Below, in pieces: positions 1 to 9,180 of a stretch of 23,187 bases of DNA. Source of the stretch: Nanobdellati archaeon (lineage in GTDB: Archaea; EX4484-52; WAPT01); NCBI GenBank assembly GCA_015520605.1, contig WAPT01000008.1, positions 1-23,187 of the forward strand. Direction: 5' to 3'. How positions within the stretch are numbered: the stretch's first letter is position 1; every line of letters begins with the position of its first letter. Made by a program: the position numbers and the translations under genes. Below the pieces are notes generated by a model. The model was not told the origin of the DNA, did not search any database, and was given only the letters and a program-made list of their open reading frames with translations.

Positions 1-321
1 AGGAAAACCGCGGGATGTGTCCTGGCTTATGGCTTTGGTAGGGATGCCCTTCCCGTTGATACGCACGTACATCGCATTGGAAACAGGCTGGGGCTCGTGA
101 TCACAAAAAAACCGGAGGAGACAGAAATGGAGCTCAAAAAGCTCATACCGAAGGAGCTATGGAGAAAGGTGAATCTAACCCTCGTAAGGTTCGGTCAGCA
201 GGTATGCAGGCCATTAAAACCAAGGTGCGAGCAGTGTCCCGTTAGAGATGTGTGCAATTGGTGGAGAGAGAATAAAAATGAGACGAATTCAACACATTCC
301 AGGCACAATTCCCATGAATGA
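1..321 (+). CDS. nth: Endonuclease III (HhH-GPD DNA glycosylase), 5'-truncated by window edge
   Basis: Frame 1 is open from base 1: [31 protein letters not shown] followed by the C-x6-C-x2-C-x5-C [4Fe-4S] motif ([17 protein letters not shown]). Confidence 0.93.
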   Translation, partial: RKTAGCVLAYGFGRDALPVDTHVHRIGNRLGLVITKKPEETEMELKKLIPKELWRKVNLTLVRFGQQVCRPLKPRCEQCPVRDVCNWWRENKNETNSTHSRHNSHE

Positions 322-439
322 GTTTATCCGTACAGCACAAAAGTGAGCTTTGTCCTTAAGTGAGAAGTCTGGAATGACCGCGTTTATTCGTTCGAAACTT
401 ATATAAAGGAAGGAGTCGAATTAAGTGTTGGTGAGGAAT

Positions 440-724
440 ATGCCTGATTATACCATCAACATAAAGCCCCCGGAGAACATATATCTGACCGTTGTGGGAA
501 CGCCCGGACAGCAGCTGGAACTGAAAGCTGGTGAGTTCACTCAGGTTACATTTGATTATGAAGGCGCAACGCTTATCTTTGAGGGTAAGCATACATATTT
601 TGTTGCATCCCTCAAAACCATATCCGATGTTTTTTGGATGGTGCTCGCTCTGACCGCGAGAGGTTTCGAAATCAAACCTAACGAACCTCTCGATATACTC
701 AAAACAGTGCTCAATAAAAAATGA
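440..724 (+). CDS. Hypothetical protein (~94 aa)
   Basis: ORF 425-724; ATG at 440 is preceded by GGTGA SD-like motif, with TTATATAAA near 399-407. Confidence 0.7.
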   Translation: MPDYTINIKPPENIYLTVVGTPGQQLELKAGEFTQVTFDYEGATLIFEGKHTYFVASLKTISDVFWMVLALTARGFEIKPNEPLDILKTVLNKK

Positions 725-750
725 TAAAAACGCCGAGTGTGTGAATCGCC

Positions 751-1398
751 ATGTTCAATAAAAAATGTAGAAGATGTGGAGCTGAGCTGGAAAGCGAATG
801 GAGATTCTGCCCCTTTTGTGGTGAAAAAATAGAGTCGAGATGGAAGAGCTTCTGGGAGTTCGGTGTGGAAGATCTATTGGAAAAGATGTTCTCGATTACG
901 AACGAGATGTTCAGAGAGCTGATGGGAATGGAAGATGACGGAAAAAGAAAGGAGGCAGAGGTTCTTCCTTTCAGAAGAGACACCTCCACACACGTTGTGA
1001 GGATAAGGATAACGCCGGAGGGTGTGAAAATTGAGGGTAACGCCGCTGGAGAGAACAAATCAGCGAACGGAACTGGATCCGCGGATAGAGAAGTAAGCCC
1101 GCTGATGAAACCGAGGAAAAATAAAAAGTTCAGCAAGGTAGTGGAGCCGAAACTTCTGAGGTTCGTGAAGAAGAAAAACGGAGAGATAGAGGTGGAACTG
1201 GAAGTCGAGGATATAAAAAAACCAGAGGATATTGAGATCCTCCAGCTTGATGAGTCCGCAGAGTTCAGAGCCTATGGAAAGAACAAGATGTACTTTAAGA
1301 TTCTGGAAATCCCTTCATCCTATGAACTTGTGGAAAATAAAATAGGGGATAACACAATATATCTCAAATTTGTTCCGAAGGATTCGATTGCTTTCTAA
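751..1398 (+). CDS. N-terminal zinc-ribbon protein with probable C-terminal Hsp20-like domain
   Basis: CRRC...CPFC at the N-terminus; C-terminal VVEP...IEVELEVEDIKKPEDIEI...EFRAYGKNKMYFKIL resembles an alpha-crystallin/Hsp20 beta sandwich. Confidence 0.7.
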   Translation: MFNKKCRRCGAELESEWRFCPFCGEKIESRWKSFWEFGVEDLLEKMFSITNEMFRELMGMEDDGKRKEAEVLPFRRDTSTHVVRIRITPEGVKIEGNAAGENKSANGTGSADREVSPLMKPRKNKKFSKVVEPKLLRFVKKKNGEIEVELEVEDIKKPEDIEILQLDESAEFRAYGKNKMYFKILEIPSSYELVENKIGDNTIYLKFVPKDSIAF

Positions 1399-1432
1399 AA
1401 ACTGCATGAAATAAAATTCTACTGTTTTGTTT

Positions 1433-1846
1433 TTATGCTGTCTGTGCCTGCTCTTCCTCCTTCTTTCCAAAGATCTCTTCAAGCTTCTGCTTACCCTCCT
1501 TAACCACCACGCAGTTTATCTGTACTATATCATCTGCTATAACTTCCCCCCTAACCGTCTTTCTCTTTTTAACACCTTCTTCTTTGGGCCTGTAACCCAC
1601 ACCTCCTGAAAGAAGAAGCCTTTTTCTGCCGGTGCCTTCAACTCCCTTCTTCATGGGAAAACCGTCCTTATCACTGCCTCCGGTTATTTTGAGTCTGTAT
1701 CCCGGCAGATCGATTATGCCAGCGTCAAATTCATCCCCTATCTTAAGCCCGAAAAGGTTCTCTATTTTGCTCTGCTCGACCTCTTTTTGGTAGCTTCTCC
1801 CCGTTGTTGGATCGTTTATGACAAACTTAACATTCATCACCATCAC
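1433..1846 (-). CDS. rps6e: 30S ribosomal protein S6e
   Basis: KFVINDPTTGRSYQ, LKITGGSDKDGFPM, KRKTVRG motifs; start could be any of the first three Met codons. Confidence 0.96.
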   Translation of the reverse strand: MMVMNVKFVINDPTTGRSYQKEVEQSKIENLFGLKIGDEFDAGIIDLPGYRLKITGGSDKDGFPMKKGVEGTGRKRLLLSGGVGYRPKEEGVKKRKTVRGEVIADDIVQINCVVVKEGKQKLEEIFGKKEEEQAQTA

Positions 1847-1926
1847 CTCTTCAAAAAAGACACCACTTATTCATGCTGCAACTTTTTTAAAATTAATTCT
1901 CAGAGTTTGATAACGGTAAGGTTCTC

Positions 1927-2337
1927 ATGAAAAGTCATGATCCTAAATCACACCCTTCGGGATACCTGTGGAAAAGCCTGAGAGAAAAATTCGAAAGCTT
2001 CAATGAGCTTTATAATGTTGTTTGTGCTCACGAGGAAGGAAAACCCGTGAAGGTGAGTTCTCACCACACCTGTCCTGTATGCGGCAATAACACAGTGACA
2101 AGGTATGGGTATTTAAGCGGAGGGAGCTTTCTGGACAGTGAGGAACTTTATCTTTATGATATGAGGAACTGCGGGGTTTGTGGATGGAAACGGGTTAGAG
2201 CAACATTCCACTTTCCCTTCTCCTGGACTATCCGGAGGGTGGCAGAATTCCTTAAAAAGGGTATACCTACCGGACGGGAGGTGGCCTTGTGGTCACAGTA
2301 TGCTCTCCTCTGGAGGGTTGCGCCCTCGAAGATGTGA
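1927..2337 (+). CDS. Hypothetical protein with two CxxC motifs (zinc ribbon-like)
   Basis: 136-aa ORF with CPVC and CGVC; AT-rich TATA-like sequence upstream (~1883-1895). Confidence 0.6.
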   Translation: MKSHDPKSHPSGYLWKSLREKFESFNELYNVVCAHEEGKPVKVSSHHTCPVCGNNTVTRYGYLSGGSFLDSEELYLYDMRNCGVCGWKRVRATFHFPFSWTIRRVAEFLKKGIPTGREVALWSQYALLWRVAPSKM

Positions 2338-2672
2338 GGTGGGATGATTTAGGATCTGCGGGGATTTCTGTTAGTGGAGGAAAGCTTGAGGTTAACTTCT
2401 TCAGCAAGAAAATAATGGAAAGTGTTCTGTATTTCCAGACGGGAGGAAAATCCTGCACGTTGGGGAATATAGTTGAAAATGTACCTTCCTGTGGAAAAGA
2501 TGCCATGGCGAGATGGAAGAAGAAAAATAACACGATATCAGTGTACATCGAACCCCCACTTAGAGATGAAGAAGATTTCTTAAGCATACCTCCGTATTAT
2601 GAGGTGTGGGTGCTTGAAGGTTCCGATCTTCGCGATAAGCTTGTGGTCTATCCTCTTTCCAGAAATTTTTAG
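2289..2672 (+). CDS. Hypothetical protein (or frameshifted continuation of the upstream ORF)
   Basis: 127-aa ORF; GTG start preceded by GGAGGTG; overlaps the upstream ORF by 49 nt. Confidence 0.55.
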   Translation: MVTVCSPLEGCALEDVRWDDLGSAGISVSGGKLEVNFFSKKIMESVLYFQTGGKSCTLGNIVENVPSCGKDAMARWKKKNNTISVYIEPPLRDEEDFLSIPPYYEVWVLEGSDLRDKLVVYPLSRNF

Positions 2673-2759
2673 CGGGCTTCGATAAAGATTTGCTTTGCTG
2701 AGTAACAAATTTAAAAGGCACTGTCTCAATTAGTTTATTCCACTTTAACGAATATTATA

Positions 2760-4034
2760 ATGGTGATACGTGTGGCGGGCAAGAAGAAAGAACATGAGGC
2801 TGAGGTTTCTGTAGACCCGCGAGAAATATCGCAGATGAACATAGGGATGATAGGGCATGTTGATCACGGCAAAACCACTCTGACCGAAGCGCTCACTGGC
2901 AAATTTACGGATGAACACAGTGAGGAGTTGAAAAGGGGTATATCCATAAGGCTGGGTTATGCGGACTTCACCATCAGAAAGTGCCCGAAATGTGATGTAC
3001 CCCAAGCATACACAACACTTTCCGTTTGCTTTTATTGTAGCTCGCAGACGGAACCCATAAAAACGGCCTCCATAGTGGATTGTCCAGGACACGAAACTCT
3101 AATGGCAACCACTCTGACGGGAGCGGCGCTCATGGACTATGCTATTCTCGTAATCGCTGCTAACGAACCCTGTCCAAAGCCACAGACCGTTGAGCATTTT
3201 ATGGCGGCAGAGATAGCCGGTATTGAGAAGTTCATAGTGGTGCAGAACAAAATTGACCTCGTTGATGAGGAACAGGCAAGGGAAAATTACCGCCAGATAA
3301 AGGAATTCCTTAAGGGTACAAAGGCTGAAAATGCCCCGATAATTCCGGTTTCAGCCCAGCTCAGGGTAAACATCGACGTTCTTCTCTATGCCATAGACAG
3401 AGAGTTTCCCGCTCCAAAGAGAGACCTGACCAAGAGTCCGCTCATGTACGTGGCAAGAAGCTTTGATGTGAATAAGCCGGGCACAAGCATAGAGAAGCTT
3501 GTGGGGGGTGTTCTTGGAGGCAGTATAATGCAGGGTAAGCTCAAGGTCGGGGACGAAATAGAGATAAGACCCGGAATAAGGGGCGAGGACGAAAAGTACC
3601 ACCCCGTCATAACCGAAATTACGAGCCTCATGCAGGGCAATAAAAGACTTGAGGAGGCAACGCCCGGTGGGCTTGTTGCCATTGGGACGCTTCTCGACCC
3701 TGCTTTCACCAAAGCTGATGCAATGGTAGGGAACATTATCGGACATGTGAACGAGCTACCACCCGTGTACTACGATGTTGTGCTCGAGTATCATCCTCTT
3801 GAAAGGATTTTGGAGAGTGGTGAGAAGTTCAAGGTTGAGAGAATAACTCCCGGTACACCACTTCTCATGAATGTTGGCACGGCAAGAACTGTTGGTGTGT
3901 GCATGAAAGGCGGTAGCGATACGATAGAGGCAAAGCTGAAGTTGCCCATCTGTGCGCAACCCGGAAGCAAGATAGCGCTGTCAATGCAGATAAATGGAAG
4001 ATGGAGATTGGTAGGTTATGGAGTTCTGAAATGA
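2760..4034 (+). CDS. eif2g: Translation initiation factor 2 subunit gamma (aIF2-gamma)
   Basis: GHVDHGKT, RGISIRLGY, zinc knuckle CPKC/CFYC, DCPGH, QNKID, RSFDVNKPG, C-terminal RWRLVGYG. Confidence 0.97.
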   Translation: MVIRVAGKKKEHEAEVSVDPREISQMNIGMIGHVDHGKTTLTEALTGKFTDEHSEELKRGISIRLGYADFTIRKCPKCDVPQAYTTLSVCFYCSSQTEPIKTASIVDCPGHETLMATTLTGAALMDYAILVIAANEPCPKPQTVEHFMAAEIAGIEKFIVVQNKIDLVDEEQARENYRQIKEFLKGTKAENAPIIPVSAQLRVNIDVLLYAIDREFPAPKRDLTKSPLMYVARSFDVNKPGTSIEKLVGGVLGGSIMQGKLKVGDEIEIRPGIRGEDEKYHPVITEITSLMQGNKRLEEATPGGLVAIGTLLDPAFTKADAMVGNIIGHVNELPPVYYDVVLEYHPLERILESGEKFKVERITPGTPLLMNVGTARTVGVCMKGGSDTIEAKLKLPICAQPGSKIALSMQINGRWRLVGYGVLK

Positions 4035-4150
4035 TAAGAACTAATAAACTAATTTTACGAGGATTCAAAAAATTCTGAAATGTAAAAAGAAATAAAAAGA
4101 AAACATAGAATAATGAAAATGCAAAAAATTGAGAATAGGGACTGTCCACT

Positions 4151-4345
4151 TTATTTGGTTTCCTCAATTTTTATGCACTGCACGGGGCAGATATTCGCAG
4201 CATCCTGATTGCATCCGATTTCCTCCACTTCCGTCTTTATTGGTTTTGCTTTGCCGTCGTCGCCCATCTCCCAGTTATCCGGGCAGACGGAGACACAGGC
4301 CCCGCAACCTATACAAGCCTCTTTGTCATGAACTATTCTGTACAT
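4151..4345 (-). CDS. Monocluster ferredoxin ([4Fe-4S]/[3Fe-4S])
   Basis: CIGCGACVSVCP...CPVQCI in 64 aa; GGAGGTGA SD upstream. Confidence 0.93.
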   Translation of the reverse strand: MYRIVHDKEACIGCGACVSVCPDNWEMGDDGKAKPIKTEVEEIGCNQDAANICPVQCIKIEETK

Positions 4346-4358
4346 TTTTCATCACCTC

Positions 4359-4616
4359 CTATTTCTCTTCTTCTAAGGCTTTCCTAACCTTTTCTATAGC
4401 TTCGTTTATTTCAGACACGACTCTTTTAATATCCTCCTCGTTTATTCCATGAGCAAGAAGCCCGTCCCGGAGCGTTTCCATCATCGCTATCTGACACCCT
4501 ATGCAGTGTAGACCGTACTTTAGAAGGACAGGCACGGCTTCAGGATAATTTGCTACCACCTCTCCTATTGGCATATCCTCACTGACATATTTTTTGCCTG
4601 TGGTGTCCTCGGGCAT
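4359..4616 (-). CDS. DUF1858-family protein (hybrid-cluster-protein-associated redox disulfide domain)
   Basis: DMPIGEVVANYPEAVPVLLKYGLHCIGCQIAMMETLRDGLLAHGI matches the family pattern, with a CxxC. Confidence 0.88.
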   Translation of the reverse strand: MPEDTTGKKYVSEDMPIGEVVANYPEAVPVLLKYGLHCIGCQIAMMETLRDGLLAHGINEEDIKRVVSEINEAIEKVRKALEEEK

Positions 4617-4642
4617 GTGACATTATCTGGGCACAAAAATAT

Positions 4643-5533
4643 TTATTTGGATGCCTTGCACATCTTCTCCAGCATTTTTTTCAGGTTTTTGATGGACCTC
4701 AACATTTCCCTGAGGCCGACAACCTCCACATTAAAATATAAGGGCTTGTTTTCAGCTTTCTGAATGAGGACCGGCAGGAATTCGCTATAATCTATAATGT
4801 TGTTCTCGTCTATCGCCACGTGATCCCTAATACCATCAAAGCCATGAATGTGCATTGCCACCAACCTCTTAACATGAATCTTTTTTATGATGGCTTCTTT
4901 ATCCTTTCCCGCGAAGAGGTGAGGCACATCCAGAACAAAGTAAAGGCCCTCAACGTTTTTCAGGATCCTTTCTATTTCCTTCATGCTTGAGCCGTACGGC
5001 TCGGAAAGTGACGGCACGTATGGCACGTTTTCAACCGCAACTCTGACCTTTTTTTTCTTCCCGTATTTGACCAAACTCTCGAGGCGGGAAACCAGAATGT
5101 CTTCCACCTCTCTCCGTTTCAGGTAGAATGGTGCATTTCCAGCATGAAAAAGGACGTAAGAAGCTCCAAGCGCTTCTCCAATGTCTATGGTTGCCTTTGC
5201 CTCTCTAAGAATTGCTTTCTCAAGCGCAAGTGAAGGGTTCGCAAGATTAAAGTTCAGAATCGGTCCATGAATACCGATCGGCGTCTCCTCTCCAACAAGC
5301 GATAGAACTGTTTCAACGATCTCATTCTTTTGGTTAAGTAAATCGAAATTTCCGCGAGCGTTCTCCAGCCATATCTCACAGAATTCCATAGTCTCAGCGC
5401 ATTTTCTTGCGAGTTTATTGTTCAGAAGTTTCCTGAACTCCTCCAGCGAGTAAAAGGCGAAAAACCCTCCGATTAAGATTTCTCTGTTTTTTTCGGAAAC
5501 CATTCTATCGACCTCGTTTACCGAAAGACTCAA
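4643..5533 (-). CDS. Xylose-isomerase-like/AP endonuclease 2 TIM-barrel metalloenzyme (possible CbiR-like)
   Basis: IHGP, FHAG, AVENV, LDVPH, HIHG, RDH, VEV metal-ligand motifs; start may be the ATG near 5503. Confidence 0.82.
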   Translation of the reverse strand: MSLSVNEVDRMVSEKNREILIGGFFAFYSLEEFRKLLNNKLARKCAETMEFCEIWLENARGNFDLLNQKNEIVETVLSLVGEETPIGIHGPILNFNLANPSLALEKAILREAKATIDIGEALGASYVLFHAGNAPFYLKRREVEDILVSRLESLVKYGKKKKVRVAVENVPYVPSLSEPYGSSMKEIERILKNVEGLYFVLDVPHLFAGKDKEAIIKKIHVKRLVAMHIHGFDGIRDHVAIDENNIIDYSEFLPVLIQKAENKPLYFNVEVVGLREMLRSIKNLKKMLEKMCKASK

Positions 5534-5535
5534 CT

Positions 5536-6288
5536 TCAGTATTCTATACCCTTCCTTGCAGGTATGCCTCTTCTCCAGGGGTGTTTTACCTCCCTCATCT
5601 CCGTCACGAGGTCAGCAATCTCCAGAAGTTCCGGAGGGGCGCCCCTTCCCGTTATAATTATCTCCACACCTTTCTTTCTGTTCTTAATGATCTCCACTAC
5701 CTCATCCACACTCACAAGTCCCTTATTTATAGCATGTGTAATTTCATCAAGAATTATAATATCATATGTGCCGTTGAGAGCATATTCCCTGAACATGCGT
5801 ATGGCTTTCCTTGTACGGAGATAATCCTCATCATGTATCAGAAAGCAGTACCTGCATGCGCCGCAATTCAGCACATCTCTCTCCGATGTATAGTTTCTAG
5901 GACATAATGGTTTCTGCATGCCGTTGTAAGCCGAGATCTTTATTTGTTTGCCCATCTTCACGCATCCCGTGCCAAATTGCTCGATTCTGATGAGCTTGTC
6001 CAGAAAGTTCGTTATGGACTTCACCTCTCCAGTATAGTATCCGCCCTTCAGAAATTGAAAAATAAAAACTCTATAACCATGACCCGCAGCCCTGAGTGCA
6101 AGGCCAAGAGAAGCTGTGGTCTTGCCCTTTCCATCGCCGGTATAAATCTGGACCAACCCGGGACCCCTGAGCTCTATGGGAACATTGGCCATTGCCGCAG
6201 CTACGCTACTCTCTGTATCGTTTTCAGCTTGCGGGCGAATTTCTGACGATTGTGAGCTTTCCGCACCATTTCCGTTAACCATACCCAT
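5536..6288 (-). CDS. cobO: Cob(I)alamin/cob(I)yrinic acid a,c-diamide adenosyltransferase (CobO/BtuR/CobA family) with Cys-rich insertion
   Basis: IYTGDGKGKTTASLGLALRAAGHG, QFLKG, ILDEI, ITGR, ADLVTEMREVKHP, GIEY C-terminus; exact start uncertain (6318/6288/6282). Confidence 0.93.
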   Translation of the reverse strand: MGMVNGNGAESSQSSEIRPQAENDTESSVAAAMANVPIELRGPGLVQIYTGDGKGKTTASLGLALRAAGHGYRVFIFQFLKGGYYTGEVKSITNFLDKLIRIEQFGTGCVKMGKQIKISAYNGMQKPLCPRNYTSERDVLNCGACRYCFLIHDEDYLRTRKAIRMFREYALNGTYDIIILDEITHAINKGLVSVDEVVEIIKNRKKGVEIIITGRGAPPELLEIADLVTEMREVKHPWRRGIPARKGIEY

Positions 6289-6360
6289 CGACCTGCATGG
6301 AAAGCGAACGAACCACAAAGGGAGGTTTTTGGATGAGGGGAGATTGTTTTTTAACCAGCA

Positions 6361-8532
6361 TCAGCACGAGGGGCACGATTTGGCATCACTCTTCTCCTTC
6401 CTTTTGTCCTCCCTATACTCTATATTCAGTACCTGCTGGCTTCTGCACCTGTCTCTGTACACGGTTATGCCCTTGCACCTGAGCTTATAGGCAAGCCAGT
6501 AAACCTCTTCTACATCCTGCGGCGTTGCATGGTGCGGTAAATTTACAGTCTTGGACACAGCATTATCCGTATATTTCTGGAAAGCGGCTTGCATCCTAAC
6601 ATGCCACTCCGGTGCTATGTCGTGTGCTGTGACAAATATTCTTTTGAGTTCTTCAGGCATACCGTCTATGTTTTGAATTGATCCCATCTTGGAGACTTTC
6701 TTCATGAGCTCCTCGCTGTAAAGCCCCATCCTCTTCGCCATCTCTATGAAAAGCGGGTTGATTTCTATGAGCTCCTCTCCACCCAGTATATTTTTCCTCA
6801 CATAGGAGATGGCGAAGATGGGTTCTATACCGCTGGAGGCTCCAGCTATTATACTTATCGTTCCCGTGGGAGCTATGGTGGTCGTGGTTGCATTCCTTAG
6901 CTTGTCATAACCTCTCTCAGGCCATACGCTCATTTCGAAGTTGGGAAAGCTCCCCCTCTCCTCAGCAAGCTCAACTGAAGCTTCTTTGCTCTTCTCGTTT
7001 ATGAATTTCATGATCTTCTCTGCCATCCTCACAGCTTTGTCCGAGTTGTAAGGTATGCCCATCTTTATCAGCAGATCTGCAAAACCCATGACCCCGAGTC
7101 CAATTTTTCTGTTAGCCTTCGTCATCTTTTCTATCTGCTTAAGCGGGTATTTGTTCATATCGATTACGTTATCGAGGAAGTGCACGGCTGTCTTCACAGC
7201 GTATTCTAACTTTTCCCAGTCAATGTAAGGTTTGCCATCATCCATAACCACGAACTTGCCCAGGTTAATGGATCCAAGGTTGCAGGACTCATAGGGCAGG
7301 AGGGGTTGCTCCCCGCAGGGATTTGTAGCCTCTATTCTTCCAAGGGCAGGGGTCGGGTTGTGTCTATTTATTTCATCGATGAATATCACACCGGGATCTC
7401 CACATTTCCACGCCATGAGCACCAGAAGATCCCACACTTCTCTTGCTGGAAGCTCTCTTACAACCTCTCCGTTCCTTGGATTGATGAGAGGGTATGTATC
7501 GTTGCTTTTCACAGCGTCCATGAAAGCGTCAGTCACAGCCACAGATATGTTAAAGTTTGTGAGCACACCTTCCTGTTCCTTGCATGTAATGAACTCAAGT
7601 ATGTCCGGATGATCAACATTAAGCACACCCATGTTAGCTCCTCTTCGTCTACCACCCTGCTTTATCACATCCGTCACGACATCAAAGATACGCATGAAGG
7701 ATACTGGCCCAGAGGCAACGCCGTGTGTGCTCTTAACTATGTCGCCTTTGGGTCTCAGTCTGGAAAAGCTGAAGCCGGTACCGCCGCCACTTTTGTGTAT
7801 CATGGCCGTGTATTTCACAGCGTTAAAGATGCTCCCTATATCATCCTCCACAGGCAGAACGAAACATGCCGATAACTGCTGGAGTGGTGTGCCTGCGTTC
7901 ATCAGTGTAGGTGAGTTCGGCAAAAACTCAAGAGAGGTCATGAGTTTGTAAAACTTTTCTTCCGTTTCTTTCACTTCAGCAGGAGTTTTACCGTAAAATC
8001 TATCGGCTTTTGCTATGTTGTGCGCAACACGCCTGAACATCCCCGCAACCGTTTCTATAGGCTTGCCGTTCTCATCCTTTATTAAGTATCTGTTTTTGAG
8101 TACAATTATCGAGTTGATGGGCAGTTTGAGCTCATCAACGACACCCAGCGCTGCCTTTATTTCTCTTATTCTCGCTCTCTCCCTCCTGTATGCTATGTAA
8201 GCTCTCGCGGTTCTATCATGACCTCTCTTGATTAGAACTTCCTCCACAATATCCTGTATGTCCTCCACAGAAGGTATCTCGCCGGGTTTGAACCTCTGAT
8301 TGAGTACCATTACAACCTCATTCGCTATTGACTCCGCCATATTTCTATCATGTCCGCCAACAGCTTGGGCTGCCTTAAAAATAGCATTAACGATCTTCTC
8401 CTTTTCGAAAGGCACGACTCTACCATCCCTTTTCCTGACCCTTTTTATGTGGTTTTTCACCATCTCGCCCACTTCCTTTTTCTTTTCCTTCAGCTGTCCC
8501 TCCTCTTCGACCTTTCTTTTTTCACAGCTCAC
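6361..8532 (-). CDS. nrdJ: Class II (adenosylcobalamin-dependent) ribonucleotide reductase with N-terminal ATP cone
   Basis: ATP cone [11 protein letters not shown]; [39 protein letters not shown], terminal CPSC; no class I beta-subunit gene nearby; adjacent cobO. Confidence 0.95.
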   Translation of the reverse strand: MSCEKRKVEEEGQLKEKKKEVGEMVKNHIKRVRKRDGRVVPFEKEKIVNAIFKAAQAVGGHDRNMAESIANEVVMVLNQRFKPGEIPSVEDIQDIVEEVLIKRGHDRTARAYIAYRRERARIREIKAALGVVDELKLPINSIIVLKNRYLIKDENGKPIETVAGMFRRVAHNIAKADRFYGKTPAEVKETEEKFYKLMTSLEFLPNSPTLMNAGTPLQQLSACFVLPVEDDIGSIFNAVKYTAMIHKSGGGTGFSFSRLRPKGDIVKSTHGVASGPVSFMRIFDVVTDVIKQGGRRRGANMGVLNVDHPDILEFITCKEQEGVLTNFNISVAVTDAFMDAVKSNDTYPLINPRNGEVVRELPAREVWDLLVLMAWKCGDPGVIFIDEINRHNPTPALGRIEATNPCGEQPLLPYESCNLGSINLGKFVVMDDGKPYIDWEKLEYAVKTAVHFLDNVIDMNKYPLKQIEKMTKANRKIGLGVMGFADLLIKMGIPYNSDKAVRMAEKIMKFINEKSKEASVELAEERGSFPNFEMSVWPERGYDKLRNATTTTIAPTGTISIIAGASSGIEPIFAISYVRKNILGGEELIEINPLFIEMAKRMGLYSEELMKKVSKMGSIQNIDGMPEELKRIFVTAHDIAPEWHVRMQAAFQKYTDNAVSKTVNLPHHATPQDVEEVYWLAYKLRCKGITVYRDRCRSQQVLNIEYREDKRKEKSDAKSCPSC

Positions 8533-9017
8533 ACAACATCACCCTTCATCATCGTATCTGGCGGTTTCGTCTCCTTTTTGAGAAGCATGATCTCCCGCGT
8601 GAAGGAATCGACATCTTTGAACTCCTTATAAACGGATGCGAATCTTATGTAAGCAACATGATCAAGTTCTCTGAGCTTTCTCATGACTATCTCTCCTATT
8701 TCCCTGCTGCTCACTTCCACACTATCACTCTTCCTCACTTCACTTTCCACTTCCTCAACAATGCGGTCTATGACTTCTATGCTAATCGGTCTTTTTTCAC
8801 AGGCCTTCATTATCCCCCTTCTTACTTTCTCCCTGTCGAATCTCTCCCGTCTGCCGTCCTTCTTTATGACATATATATCCATCCTTTCCACTCTCTCGTA
8901 GGTGGTGAAGCGCCTCTCACACTTAAGACACATCCTCCTTCTTCTGATTGCATCATCTCCCACATCTCTCGTCTCTATCACCTTGCTCTCCGAAAACCCA
9001 CAATATGGACATTTCAC
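8529..9017 (-). CDS. nrdR: Transcriptional repressor NrdR
   Basis: KCPYC...[18 protein letters not shown] zinc ribbon, ATP cone [21 protein letters not shown]; GTG at 9017 preceded by GGGTG; stop overlaps nrdJ start (GTGA). Confidence 0.96.
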   Translation of the reverse strand: MKCPYCGFSESKVIETRDVGDDAIRRRRMCLKCERRFTTYERVERMDIYVIKKDGRRERFDREKVRRGIMKACEKRPISIEVIDRIVEEVESEVRKSDSVEVSSREIGEIVMRKLRELDHVAYIRFASVYKEFKDVDSFTREIMLLKKETKPPDTMMKGDVV

Positions 9018-9104
9018 GCCATACACCCTATTTTCTGGTGTTCCCGACAGTTAGACGGGACATCCAGTAATGAAGATAGATAAGTCTATATCAATAACTC
9101 TGCA

Positions 9105-9120
9105 ACACAAAATGTTGTGT
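9105..9120. promoter_or_regulatory. NrdR box (gene-proximal)
   Basis: ACACAAAATGTTGTGT, a 16-bp imperfect palindrome matching the consensus acaCwAtATaTwGtgt. Confidence 0.88.
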
Positions 9121-9136
9121 GTTCCGTCTTGATCAC

Positions 9137-9152
9137 ACCCTACAAATTGTGT
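9137..9152. promoter_or_regulatory. NrdR box (promoter-proximal)
   Basis: ACCCTACAAATTGTGT; 32 bp start-to-start from the other box, the tandem spacing typical of NrdR operators. Confidence 0.82.
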
Positions 9153-9180
9153 ATCTTGATATATTATTGCACTAATTACG

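Noticed and set aside
4035-4150. A-rich intergenic tract as a repeat or ncRNA
   Set aside because: Lies between convergent genes and gives oligo-U tracts on the minus strand, consistent with ordinary termination.
7306-7875. 189-aa plus-strand ORF and similar antisense ORFs within nrdJ, gatB and the pilus genes
   Set aside because: Fully overlap well-supported genes on the opposite strand and carry no recognisable motifs.
6361-8532. Intein or intron in the ribonucleotide reductase
   Set aside because: Motifs are contiguous and the length is normal for NrdJ with one ATP cone.
9030-9160. Canonical cobalamin riboswitch upstream of nrdR-nrdJ
   Set aside because: Only one hairpin is visible; no convincing four-way junction or B12 box.
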